From positions 31,773-95,772 of the forward strand of contig CAYHZA010000003.1 of the NCBI GenBank assembly GCA_964361095.1: a stretch of DNA of 64,000 nucleotides, given 5' to 3'. This DNA comes from an uncultured Candidatus Saccharibacteria bacterium. GTDB lineage: Bacteria > Patescibacteriota > Minisyncoccia > UBA6257 > 2-01-FULL-56-20. Positions 1 through 8,835 of this stretch are shown piece after piece. The position numbers and the translations under genes are program-made. The notes beneath the pieces were generated by a model, which saw nothing but the letters and a program-made list of their open reading frames with translations, was not told where the DNA came from and ran no database searches. How positions within the stretch are numbered: the first letter of the stretch is position 1; each line of letters opens with the position of its first letter.

Positions 1-342
1 TCAATAAGTTTATTGACAATGGCAACAATCGCCTCGCGAATTTCCGGATTCTCAACACTCCGCGATCGGTTTCCATGTTGGGGCTTCAGATTAATCATGG
101 AATCAAACTCTATCCACTCATCCTCTTTCTTTTCCTGATACAGATTGATTCCCCATGTATGCTCGCGTTTCGATTGGCACTGTTCGGTAAGCACCGTTTC
201 TTCGTCGGCATGAAGTTCACCTCCGATTGCCATAACACCCTGCGATATATCCACTACTGCCTTTACAAAATTTCCGAATCCCGCTTGAGCAATACGAGTT
301 AATTCTTCCCGTGTGACGGGTTCCTTGATGAGAATAATTTCC
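1..342 (-). CDS. hypothetical protein (DUF5674-like), partial: open frame continues past window start
   Basis: Minus-strand ATG at 342 opens a frame (MEIILIKEPVTREELTRIAQAGFGNFVKAVVDISQGVMAIGGELHADEE...) with no stop down to position 1. It is absent from the ORF track because it is edge-truncated. Confidence 0.45.
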
Positions 343-437
343 ATAGCAACTACATTGTAGCAGATACCGTCTAACTATCTATTGGCCATTACCTAATCCC
401 GCCGGAGGTTAAGAGAAGTTTCATTAGATTTTTCGAA

Positions 438-827
438 TCATTTTTTCACTTTTTTTGCATGCTTTTTGAGCCATGAGGCGACAATCGGCACGTCGAGCTT
501 CTGCGTCACCACGCGGAGTGTGAATTCTTCTACTTGCTTATTCCCCGCCATAAATTCGTATCCATTAACAAACAAAAATCGCACTGCAGCGGCGAATGCC
601 GTGCGTTTATTGCCATCCACAAAAACGTGATGTTTCGCGAAGGAGTCAAAATACGCAGCGGCTTTATGGAACACATCGGGATAAAGCTCCTCTCCGCCGT
701 AACGTGCCTTGGGGCGTTCAATGGCCGAGAGAAAAAGGCCGACATCCCGTATGCCATGCGCGCCGCCAGTCTTTTCAATAATTTCGTTGTGGATCTCCAA
801 AATATCCTCGCCAGCAAGATACCGCAT
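438..827 (-). CDS. doc: Doc (death-on-curing) / Fic-family toxin
   Basis: 129 aa with the Fic/Doc core motif HVFVDGNKRTAF. It sits directly downstream of a small AbrB/MazE-fold gene, the standard phd-doc order. Confidence 0.8.
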   Translation of the reverse strand: MRYLAGEDILEIHNEIIEKTGGAHGIRDVGLFLSAIERPKARYGGEELYPDVFHKAAAYFDSFAKHHVFVDGNKRTAFAAAVRFLFVNGYEFMAGNKQVEEFTLRVVTQKLDVPIVASWLKKHAKKVKK

Positions 828-833
828 GCGATG

Positions 834-1067
834 CTATTTTTTAGCAAGCGCCTCAAGTGCGGGGCGGTAACGCTCGATAAACTTCTCCGTCCAGCCGACA
901 AGCTCCTTGTCCGATACTCGTGTAATCGGCCGAATCGAAACCACGCGTTTTTGCCTGTCTACTTTGACTATTACGCGATCGCCGATCTTCAGCCCCAACT
1001 CCTTCAAGGATTCTTTGGGAATCGTAACCGCCGCCGAGGTTCCTACTTTTAATACTTTTTGCGTCAT
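834..1067 (-). CDS. AbrB/MazE/SpoVT-family antitoxin (Phd-like partner of Doc)
   Basis: 77 aa, MTQKVLKVGTSAAVTIPKESLKELGLKIGDRVIVKV, a swapped-hairpin DNA-binding fold. It lies 6 nt upstream of doc. Confidence 0.7.
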   Translation of the reverse strand: MTQKVLKVGTSAAVTIPKESLKELGLKIGDRVIVKVDRQKRVVSIRPITRVSDKELVGWTEKFIERYRPALEALAKK

Positions 1068-1204
1068 ATGTTGATTATAATCGTATTATAATGCCTGTCA
1101 AATGCCTTACTCTCTAAGTTTTAATGTCTAGACCCTAACACCTACTACCTAATTTCTAGCTAACTACCGACTTCCTACCCACCAACCCCTAATGGCTAAT
1201 CCAT

Positions 1205-1245
1205 CGGAGCATGGTTTGAAAAAAAAGCCCCAACATTCCTGTTGG
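1205..1245 (-). terminator. rho-independent terminator
   Basis: On the minus strand, GCCCCAACAGGAATGTTGGGGC followed by TTTTTTTT, just downstream of the 1274..1489 gene. Confidence 0.6.
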
Positions 1246-1273
1246 GGCCTGTATCTCTAGAGGGCGTTCCCGA

Positions 1274-1489
1274 TCATGCATCGGCAAAGGCGCAGTCATT
1301 CGAACAGTACACTGCAACATGTGCCGGAGGGATGGGGTTACCGCATCCCTGGTACTCGCATGTTCTTCCAAATGGATGATTCTTGGGAGTGAGCCATCCC
1401 CTGTCTTTGCATGCTGAGCACCCATAGCCGCCACACATGTCACACTGAACGGAATCAGCCGGGTAGTTCTTGTCTTTCGGGATATCCAC
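1274..1489 (-). CDS. small Cys-rich protein (8 Cys, putative zinc-binding), unknown function
   Basis: 71 aa: ...QCDMCGGYGCSACKDRGW...CEYQGCGNP...CSNDCAFADA. GTG start preceded by an AAGGAGG RBS. Apparently co-transcribed with the 1505..1831 ORF. Confidence 0.4.
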   Translation of the reverse strand: MDIPKDKNYPADSVQCDMCGGYGCSACKDRGWLTPKNHPFGRTCEYQGCGNPIPPAHVAVYCSNDCAFADA

Positions 1490-1504
1490 GATTTCCTCCT
1501 TCCG

Positions 1505-1831
1505 TTAGGAAATTGACCACCCGGCATATATGCCAGCGTTCTCACGCTCCATAACCACAATGTCGTGGCCCACCTCCGGTGAAGCAGCTCCATGAAACGG
1601 CCCATTCACGACATTGAGCACGGTCAAGGTGAGGGTCATGGTATCGTCCTTCACAACCTTCTCTTTCACCCTGACTTTGATGTGAGCTCCGTCTTCACAG
1701 TAGTACCGCTCTTCTCCAACTTCGACAAGATCACCTTGAAACATTTTCTCCTCCCGCGGCAAAGCCGCTTTCATGATAAAACCCAAACGAATTGCTGCAG
1801 GTACGATGGCATATAAAATGTTATTCGTCAA
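1505..1831 (-). CDS. hypothetical protein
   Basis: 108-aa ORF directly upstream of the Cys-rich gene. No recognisable motif. Confidence 0.35.
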   Translation of the reverse strand: MTNNILYAIVPAAIRLGFIMKAALPREEKMFQGDLVEVGEERYYCEDGAHIKVRVKEKVVKDDTMTLTLTVLNVVNGPFHGAASPEVGHDIVVMERENAGIYAGWSIS

Positions 1832-2083
1832 GTGCTCCTATCAGTCCGCTCACAAGGACCTGGTGGAAATATTCCAGGCGGTGCTACGACACAACTCGTT
1901 GACCTCCTGACCGCAAAGACCGCCCGTGATCTCGGCATCGATCTTGCCGTAACGAGTGCAAACAAAACCAAGGGGAAACTACAGTAAGAATCTCCCCGCT
2001 CACGAAGAGGCTTATAGACAATTCATCGTCTGTAAGCCTCTTTTTATTTTCTAAAATATTTTTCCTATCCTTTAAAAACCCCA

Positions 2084-2107
2084 ATAAAAAAAGACCGTTC
2101 TCGGTCA
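2084..2107 (-). terminator. rho-independent terminator
   Basis: Minus strand GACCGAGAACGGTC followed by a T-run, downstream of the 2134..2349 gene. Confidence 0.5.
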
Positions 2108-2133
2108 GCGAGCTCATATAGAGCATTGAAGGG

Positions 2134-2349
2134 CTACTCCTTTTCTCTCTCGTTGCGCAACCTTTGATATTCCTTGTCTGCCAGTTGAAGCGCCATGTCG
2201 AGCTGAAACGCGGTAATGGCTGATTTCGTTTTCAGGCCGCGTTCAAATCCTCTGAGCTCCCCTTCCGCCTGCGGCCACAGTTCGAGAATCTGCTCTTTAG
2301 TCCAGATCTCCTTTCTCTGCCCTTTCTTGTCTACTATTGCCATATACAC
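2134..2349 (-). CDS. hypothetical small protein
   Basis: 71-aa charged, helical ORF. Confidence 0.3.
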   Translation of the reverse strand: MYMAIVDKKGQRKEIWTKEQILELWPQAEGELRGFERGLKTKSAITAFQLDMALQLADKEYQRLRNEREKE

Positions 2350-2520
2350 TCCTCCTATGCGTGTCGATCAGTGAATTGATAAAATCTTTCTAAACCTATC
2401 CTCCCACCTTTCCTACTGCATGGCAAGCTATCAAAAAACCAAAAGACTGGAAATTTCTCTTCTCATAATAAAAAAGTGCAGACCAATGAGGCCTGCACTG
2501 TGATAATGTCGAAAGCTTCT

Positions 2521-2892
2521 TCAGCTTTCGAGTAGTTCGTACGTTCCCGGTTCGAAAACGTACATGTCGAGAGCGTGCGGAGAAATTTCGCGAAGTAGCA
2601 CGGCTGCCTCATTTTTTCCGGCTTGTTCGAGCACCTCGATGACCTCGTCCGCGTACGCGAGGCGCGTACCCGGAGGCATATCGGCAAAACCCTCACCGAG
2701 ATCTTTGCTCTCGAAGATGACCGGAATTTTCATTCCGACCAGCGCTTCGCGAATCACGAGAGGAGTTTTCTCATCGGGGTCCAGTGTAATCACGCGCACC
2801 TTCTCGTGCTTTCCTTTCATGAACGATCCGGGCATTCCGAATGGAGCAAAAACACGTCCCTCGGAACCGACGATCGCTATCGTTGGGATCAT
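2521..2892 (-). CDS. hypothetical protein
   Basis: 123-aa ORF upstream of the sigma factor gene. No motif recognised. Confidence 0.35.
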   Translation of the reverse strand: MIPTIAIVGSEGRVFAPFGMPGSFMKGKHEKVRVITLDPDEKTPLVIREALVGMKIPVIFESKDLGEGFADMPPGTRLAYADEVIEVLEQAGKNEAAVLLREISPHALDMYVFEPGTYELLES

Positions 2893-2923
2893 CTTATTAC
2901 CTCCTTTTTATGGTAATCGTGAT

Positions 2924-4024
2924 TTACGTAAAAAATTTCACAAGATCGGCGTAATGGCCGTGACGCTTTTTCACCACGCGCTTCAACTTCTGAAGCGCCT
3001 CCTCGTAAATCTGGCGAACACGTTCCCTGCAGAGACCATGCACGATCCCGATCTCATTCAGAGTCTGTCGCGGAACATAATCACCAAAACCCAAAAAACG
3101 TTCCACGACATCCCTTTGCCTGGCATCCAGGCAAGATAGAAGTTCCGTTACCAATCCGCGCATTTCGTTTTCTGCGCAGATATCTTCGGGAGAAGGAGTA
3201 CGATGGTCACTCAAGACCATGAAAAGATCGCTCCCATTTTCCGTGTGACTCGATAAACGCGCGTTAATTGACTTCGGCTCCTGAGCTAGAATCATCAGCT
3301 GGGAAACTTTCTTTTCAGAAAGGTCCATGTCCTTCGCCACAGCAGAGTCAAGATCTTCAGCCGCAACTCCTCTCGTAAACAATTCCCCGCGGCGGCGACT
3401 GATCTTATTAACCTGCTCTGCAATCTTCGACGGAAGACGAATGGTACGTTTTTGTTCGTTCATTCCTTCCAATATCCTTCTGCGGATCCAAGGAAAGGCG
3501 TGTGTGGAGAACTTGTTGTTGTAGCGATAATCATATCGCTCGACCGCGTCGACAAGACCGATGTTGCCGTCCTGTAGGATATCGGCAGAACTATAGACCT
3601 CGTCACCGTAGTAACTCCTCGCCACCTTGAATACCAGCCCGATATTCGCATGATACAAGAGCGAATACGCGCTCATATAGCGCGCCCGCTCCAAATCCGC
3701 TTCATGCGCGAGCTCCCTCAATACTCTGCCCCGTTTTTTCTTGGCGTATTCCGTGAGTTTTCCGCAAAGATGCCAGATCTCTTCAAAACCGAACACTTTC
3801 GACTTGCGAGACTTCTCCCGGTCTTCGGGCATCACGAAAGCGCGGCAATCCTCGGGCAAGCGTCGGACCATGGCCTTGAGCGCTTCTCTTGCCTCTGCCA
3901 TGTCGCGGCCCAGCTCTTTCTCTTTTTCTTCGGTCAACAATCCCCGATCCTTGGATTTACCTCTGTCTTTGGGAAATTGCTGTTCTGCTTCGAAAAAGAT
4001 TTCGGCTATCGGCTTTGGATTCAC
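2924..4024 (-). CDS. RNA polymerase sigma factor, sigma-70 family (alternative sigma)
   Basis: Region 2 (ADILQDGNIGLVDAVERYDYRYNNKFSTHAFPWIRRRI) and region 4 (QTLNEIGIVHGLCRERVRQIYEEALQKL) are both present. Confidence 0.8.
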   Translation of the reverse strand: MNPKPIAEIFFEAEQQFPKDRGKSKDRGLLTEEKEKELGRDMAEAREALKAMVRRLPEDCRAFVMPEDREKSRKSKVFGFEEIWHLCGKLTEYAKKKRGRVLRELAHEADLERARYMSAYSLLYHANIGLVFKVARSYYGDEVYSSADILQDGNIGLVDAVERYDYRYNNKFSTHAFPWIRRRILEGMNEQKRTIRLPSKIAEQVNKISRRRGELFTRGVAAEDLDSAVAKDMDLSEKKVSQLMILAQEPKSINARLSSHTENGSDLFMVLSDHRTPSPEDICAENEMRGLVTELLSCLDARQRDVVERFLGFGDYVPRQTLNEIGIVHGLCRERVRQIYEEALQKLKRVVKKRHGHYADLVKFFT

Positions 4025-4201
4025 GTCATCTCTCCTATCGTTTGTAATTCGTTAAATATTCTATCGAATATTCGGTTGTCAAAAACCAAGTGCTCAAATG
4101 AACAGCCGGTAAAACTTTTCATACTTTACCACGATAAACTATTTTTGGCAATAGCTCGCATAATACCAGCCATTTTTTATTCTTTCGACATTTTTTCGCA
4201 C

Positions 4202-4230
4202 AAAAAAAGGGCCTGGCGGAAGCCAAGCCC
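4202..4230 (-). terminator. rho-independent terminator
   Basis: Minus strand GGGCTTGGCTTCCGCCAGGCCC followed by TTTTTTT. Confidence 0.5.
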
Positions 4231-4262
4231 AGTATTGGTGTTGAGAAACCGACGAATGAGCG

Positions 4263-4644
4263 CTAGAGAAGACCGCGCTCCTTCATGAGATCGTAGGTGA
4301 TGCGTTCGTTCGAGTCGATCGGCGGGGATTCGTAGAGAGAGTCTGATGCCTCGTCATTGACGTCGGCCGCGATTGCAGCTCTCCTCGGCTCGGCAGCGCG
4401 CTCGTAGGCTGCACGAAGCTCGCCATTCGAGAGTACCGCGAGTTCCTTCTTGCGCTTCCGGTACCAAGCTTCTGCCTGAAAGCCCTCGGGGGAAGGAACA
4501 CCAGATGTCGCTGATGACCTCCCTAAGCGGCTTCTCCGCTTCAAGAAGCTCCGAGATCTCACCGTCGGTCAGCGCGGCATACTTCTTGAGAAGCAATGAA
4601 AACAGCTCGCGGATCTTCTCTTCGCTCAACGTCTCAGTTGTCAA
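4263..4644 (-). pseudogene. GC-rich hypothetical gene interrupted by a +1 frameshift in a C5 tract (either a pseudogene or a sequencing/phase-variable site)
   Basis: ORFs 4354..4644 and 4263..4562 overlap in different frames. Removing one C from CTTCCCCCGAG (about 4495..4505) fuses MTTETLSEEKIRELF...EVISDIWCSFP to EGFQAEAWYRKRKKELAVLSNGELRAAYERAA... Confidence 0.4.
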
Positions 4645-4842
4645 GGCTTTTTCCTCCTCTGCAATGAAATGGAATGAAAAAATATCTATCCATGTTTTAC
4701 ATCAGGAAGCATTGGGAAGTCAAGCCGATGTACTCGTCTCATACAAAAAATTGACAGAATGGCGCATATACCCTATGAATTAACATAGCATCTATTGAAA
4801 GGAGAGGTGCGCAGAAATCCTAATGGAGGGAGGTGATACACA

Positions 4843-4992
4843 ATGACTGGTCCCAAGGACGACGATTCGTGCGACAAGGGTGATTCCACCCAAACCGTCG
4901 GCGAGTATGTCTCGAATCCCGCAAGTGCCTTCGATGGGCTCTTCAGTGGCGGATCAAGCTCCGACGATTCGGAGTGCGAGGAAGACGAGTAG
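4843..4992 (+). CDS. small acidic peptide ORF (49 aa), unknown
   Basis: GGAGGGAGG RBS 8 nt upstream of the ATG. MTGPKDDDSCDKGDSTQTVGEYVSNPASAFDGLFSGGSSSDDSECEEDE. Followed by two hairpins and a T-run. Not in the ORF track because it is under 60 aa. Confidence 0.3.
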   Translation: MTGPKDDDSCDKGDSTQTVGEYVSNPASAFDGLFSGGSSSDDSECEEDE

Positions 4993-5135
4993 TTCCATCT
5001 AACCCGAACCAGACAACCTGAAATCGCTCAGCGCCACGCACTGGAACGTCAACCGCAACACGCTCTGCGGCAATCCAACCGCACCATCTTTCAATAACTA
5101 TTTTCCCTCGTGGTGATTACACCCACGAGGCAATG

Positions 5136-5176
5136 CCCCGCTCACGATTTTTTGTGCAGCGGGGTTTGTGTTTTTA
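5136..5176 (+). terminator. rho-independent terminator (second of a tandem hairpin pair)
   Basis: CCCCGCTCACGATTTTTTGTGCAGCGGGG followed by TTTGTGTTTTT. A CCTCGTGG...CCACGAGG hairpin precedes it at 5105-5130. Confidence 0.55.
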
Positions 5177-5294
5177 AAGTAACTATAAAGAACAGCGCGG
5201 CCACTTTGGTCACGCTTCAATTTTACAAAATAGAGATACACCTTGCGGAATACGGAAAAACCGTATAGAATCACAAGGTATTTTCACATTCACT

Positions 5295-6035
5295 ATGGAA
5301 GAAAACCAAGAACTCACCAAACAGGAACGTCGGCTCTTACGGCAAGACGAAAAGGAAGCCGCCCGCGAAAAAACAAAGCGAGCACGCCTCATGAAACGCC
5401 TCACCCTTTGGACGCTTCTTTTTTTGGGCATCGGCGGAGCTATGTTCGGCCTCGTGCGCATGAGCGGCGAAGGAACCGGCCAAACCGCGACGCTTCTTAA
5501 TACCATCTCCGCGACCAGCTGGGTCAAGGGAAACGCGGAGGCAAAGGTAACCCTTATTGAATACAGCGACTTCCAATGTCCCGCCTGCGGAACATATTAC
5601 CCTATCGTAAAAAAATTATTGGAAGATTATGGCGATCGCATCCGCTTCGTTTATCGCCACTTCCCTTTGCGCCAGATACACAAAAATGCCGACATCGCCG
5701 CTCAAGCTGCGGAGGCAGCCGGAGTTCAGGGAAAGTTCTGGGAGATGCATAATGCAATCTTCGAACATCAGCGCGACTGGTCGGAATCCTCGGACGCCAA
5801 AAAAATGTTTATTGAATATGCGACGACAATCGGTCTTGACGAAGATCAATTCTTGAAAGACTTAGGGAACAAAACAGCGAAAGAAAAAATTGACGAAGAC
5901 CTCCAAAGCGGCCTCTCAGCCGGAGTGAACGCTACACCAAGCTTTTTCTTAAACGGTCAAAAAATGCCCCAGCCGAAAGGCCTTGACGACTTCAAACGAC
6001 AACTTGATGCCGCCCTCCTCATCGCCAATTCCTAA
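5295..6035 (+). CDS. dsbA: DsbA-family thiol:disulfide oxidoreductase, membrane-anchored
   Basis: N-terminal TM helix, then a thioredoxin fold with the CPAC active site (YSDFQCPACGTYYP). Confidence 0.8.
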   Translation: MEENQELTKQERRLLRQDEKEAAREKTKRARLMKRLTLWTLLFLGIGGAMFGLVRMSGEGTGQTATLLNTISATSWVKGNAEAKVTLIEYSDFQCPACGTYYPIVKKLLEDYGDRIRFVYRHFPLRQIHKNADIAAQAAEAAGVQGKFWEMHNAIFEHQRDWSESSDAKKMFIEYATTIGLDEDQFLKDLGNKTAKEKIDEDLQSGLSAGVNATPSFFLNGQKMPQPKGLDDFKRQLDAALLIANS

Positions 6036-6468
6036 GTGGATTCTCTTCGGCCTGCTCGGCTTCGCGCTTTTTGGATTTGCTGACGCCGCATACCTCACCG
6101 CGGAGCATTATATCGGAGCGATTCCTCCATGCTCAATCGTAAAGGGATGTGAACAGGTACTCACGAGTTCTTATGCCACGATAGCGGGTTTCCCTACCGC
6201 TCTCTTCGGCACACTTTTTTATCTTGCCGCGTTTCTTCTCGTCATTATGTACAAAGAAACAGGCAATATAAAATTTTTTAATATCCTCTTCGCGTTCTCC
6301 TTCGCCGCGTTCCTTGCTTCGCTTGGATTCGTCTATATACAACTTTTTGTCTTGAAGGCGATCTGCCTCTACTGCATGGGATCGGCAGTAACCTCAACGC
6401 TTATTTTTCTTTTCGCATCCGTGGCAATTTGGAAAAGCCGTGCGAAAAACCTATCAATTATAGCGTAG
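6007..6468 (+). CDS. vitamin K epoxide reductase (VKOR) family protein
   Basis: Multi-TM protein with CxxC (AICLYCMGSAV) and an upstream Cys pair (PPCSIVKGCEQ). Its start overlaps the 3' end of dsbA. Confidence 0.7.
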   Translation: MPPSSSPIPKWILFGLLGFALFGFADAAYLTAEHYIGAIPPCSIVKGCEQVLTSSYATIAGFPTALFGTLFYLAAFLLVIMYKETGNIKFFNILFAFSFAAFLASLGFVYIQLFVLKAICLYCMGSAVTSTLIFLFASVAIWKSRAKNLSIIA

Positions 6469-6499
6469 TAAAACGGCACCACAGTATTTTCGGAAAAAA

Positions 6500-6541
6500 C
6501 TATTTTAAAAAAGAAGCCATGTCCCAAAAAAAAGACATGGC
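6500..6541 (-). terminator. hairpin terminator
   Basis: AGCCATGTC / GACATGGCT stem with an A8/T8 loop and flanking T-run. Confidence 0.45.
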
Positions 6542-6567
6542 TATGTATAGAAAAACCTTACACGTGG

Positions 6568-6915
6568 TTAGGCTACGGCAGCTCTCTGCAAGGAAAAGTC
6601 AGAGGAAACAGGAAAGACATACTCGCGGTGAACGGGAACCGGCACAGCGAGGATCGTAATCGTAAGATCATACAACCCGTCCGCATTGAGAAGTCGCTTC
6701 TCGACAATCCGCCGCGCCGCCATACGCGCCGCCTGTTCCGTGGAAGCGTCAACCGCATCGTTCCGCCAGATAATTCCTGAGCGCTTGCCATGAGGTCCAC
6801 AGAGATACGAAACGGTTGCCGTACAAAGAAACGTCATAGCTCCCCCAAGGATAAGGTGATTCGTGAATTCGTACTGTATCAAAAAAAGAAGCGGTTTGCA
6901 ATTATCCCAAACCAA
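6568..6915 (-). CDS. hypothetical protein
   Basis: 115-aa ORF; an alternative start at MTFLC would give 92 aa. No motif recognised. Confidence 0.3.
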   Translation of the reverse strand: MVWDNCKPLLFLIQYEFTNHLILGGAMTFLCTATVSYLCGPHGKRSGIIWRNDAVDASTEQAARMAARRIVEKRLLNADGLYDLTITILAVPVPVHREYVFPVSSDFSLQRAAVA

Positions 6916-6976
6916 AAAAACGAGTTTGCCCCTAGGTGGTCACTGAAAATTTTTTAAAAACTACGTGAACTTTTTC

Positions 6977-7741
6977 TTATTTCGCCGGAGGCAAAAAAAT
7001 AAAGGTCATCTGCATATGGCTATTCAAGCCGAAGTCCCCGGGAATCGCTCCGTGCGCTACGCCGTCGCTCTGATACATAAGCGCGATAAGTGACACTGTT
7101 GTCTTTGTACTCAATTCGAGAGGAGTCGTACTTATCACAACCGAACCGTTACCACTCTTATCCGATTTGAATGAATTTTGCGAACCGTCGCCTGCGCCGC
7201 AAGGTTTATCGGAAACATTCACATTCGGAGGAAATGTAAGCCGCGAACACCAAAGGGTATATGTTGCATTCGGCACAAGCTTGGAAAACGAGAGTTTTAA
7301 TTCCGCGGTATTTCCCGAAACAATGTACGTCCCGCCTCCCGTTGCCGCGGACCACTGCTTCAGCGTCAAACCGAGAGACTTGCCTTTCGCGAATGGTCCT
7401 ACGGGATTCGTTCCTATCTTGAAGATATCATGCGGAACGGCGGTAGCTGCGACATAGAGCATCTTTGCCTGCGTCGTTGTTTTTTTCGCTTCGGCGCCCT
7501 CAATGCGGATCACCTTTGTCTTATCCGTAGGATGTTCAACAAAAACATCCTGTTCGGGAAGCCCCATCGCGATATAACCCAAAAACTTCACGTCGGTACT
7601 CAAAGCTTTCGCCTCTTTCCAAGAATTAACCGAAGATTCGTCGGTGAGTGAGGGACCCATACGTATAAGAGGAAAAAGAACCGCGGCAAGAACAGCCAAA
7701 GCGATAATGAAGATGATCAATACGATAGTTTTTTTATTCAT
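6977..7741 (-). CDS. hypothetical exported/membrane-anchored protein
   Basis: N-terminal hydrophobic helix (IVLIIFIIALAVLAAVLF) followed by a Gly/Ser/Thr-rich beta-type domain. Confidence 0.4.
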   Translation of the reverse strand: MNKKTIVLIIFIIALAVLAAVLFPLIRMGPSLTDESSVNSWKEAKALSTDVKFLGYIAMGLPEQDVFVEHPTDKTKVIRIEGAEAKKTTTQAKMLYVAATAVPHDIFKIGTNPVGPFAKGKSLGLTLKQWSAATGGGTYIVSGNTAELKLSFSKLVPNATYTLWCSRLTFPPNVNVSDKPCGAGDGSQNSFKSDKSGNGSVVISTTPLELSTKTTVSLIALMYQSDGVAHGAIPGDFGLNSHMQMTFIFLPPAK

Positions 7742-7873
7742 TGATAAATTATTATATAAGACCTTATGTAATTCAGTATAGCAAATCCGAGAACAATTTC
7801 TACCTACGCACTACGCAAATAAAAAAACGCCGTGCCACCGGGGAAAACAGATCCCCTATGACACGGCTAATGT

Positions 7874-8389
7874 TTAGTGAGTGAAAGCGCTCTCGATGTC
7901 AACGCAGAAATCAAACACTGTTGCGGGACTTGCGCAGGCAACGAGGGTCGCAAGAACCACTAGGAGGTCAACCTCGGCTTTGAGCGAAATATTAACCTTG
8001 CAATTGTTCTGAGCACACTCCCCCATCCACGAGTCGAGGATATTTCGCGCTCGATTGCAATGCTCCGGGCCCAACGTAACGACTTCTCCGCGATGGCGGA
8101 TGCGGCTCATCCGATTGACAAGCTGAGCCATAATGCGAAGCAAGGCGCGCTCGGCATTCTCCTCTATGGCGACATGGTAGTGCTTCGTCCTGCACGCGGT
8201 AAGCCATCCCCTGAAACGCTTCTCCGCTTTTCCCAAATCTTCGCTTGTAAAGATCACCGACACCTCCTCCCTCTTAAAACATGCTAAATTATTTCTACCA
8301 TAGATTCCGCATGTGTCAAGACAATCGTAAAAATATCCTTCTGCGTTATACTCATAGAAACAAAAGTCGAAAAAATAAAAAACAATCAT
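7874..8389 (-). CDS. hypothetical protein
   Basis: 171-aa ORF. No confident motif. Confidence 0.3.
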   Translation of the reverse strand: MIVFYFFDFCFYEYNAEGYFYDCLDTCGIYGRNNLACFKREEVSVIFTSEDLGKAEKRFRGWLTACRTKHYHVAIEENAERALLRIMAQLVNRMSRIRHRGEVVTLGPEHCNRARNILDSWMGECAQNNCKVNISLKAEVDLLVVLATLVACASPATVFDFCVDIESAFTH

Positions 8390-8786
8390 GGTAAAAGTTC
8401 TTAGTGTTGATCATATAAAAATTTCCGTAAGCGATTACAAAAAATCGAAGGCGTTCTACACGCGCCTTATGAAGCTTTTGGGATTTAAGCGCTTCATGGA
8501 GGGGAAAAATTATATCGGCTGGAAAAATCAGGCGACGAGATTTTTCATCGCGCAAGCGAACTCAAAGTACAAAAAGGCGCGTTTTCACGAGGGAATGATC
8601 GGGTACCATCACGTATCCTTCACCGTGCGAAACCGAAAAGACGTAGACGCGGTAGGCGCGTTTTTGAAACGGAACAAAGTGGAAATCATCGATCCCCCGA
8701 TGGAGCACTACGGCGGTCCGATGTACGCCACGTTCTTTCGCGATCCGGACGGCATGAAAATTGAGGTGATGTACTGGGGAAAGTAA
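8388..8786 (+). CDS. VOC (glyoxalase/bleomycin-resistance/dioxygenase) family protein
   Basis: 132 aa. LSVDHIKISVSDYKKSKAFY...GYHHVSF...DPDGMKIEV is the paired beta-alpha-beta-beta-beta module signature. Confidence 0.65.
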   Translation: MVKVLSVDHIKISVSDYKKSKAFYTRLMKLLGFKRFMEGKNYIGWKNQATRFFIAQANSKYKKARFHEGMIGYHHVSFTVRNRKDVDAVGAFLKRNKVEIIDPPMEHYGGPMYATFFRDPDGMKIEVMYWGK

Positions 8787-8835
8787 AAAACAAGGCTCGG
8801 TGAGGAGCCTTGGAATATGGTGCATAGAAGACAAA

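Noticed and set aside
75-302. Plus-strand 75-aa ORF at the window start
   Set aside because: The opposite strand carries a longer, protein-like frame that is open to the window edge (the DUF5674-like partial gene).
2564-4288. Plus-strand ORFs 2564..3139, 2623..2916, 3650..4288 and 3741..4055
   Set aside because: They are shadow ORFs antisense to the sigma-factor gene and the 2521..2892 gene, with Ser/Arg-rich, non-protein-like translations.
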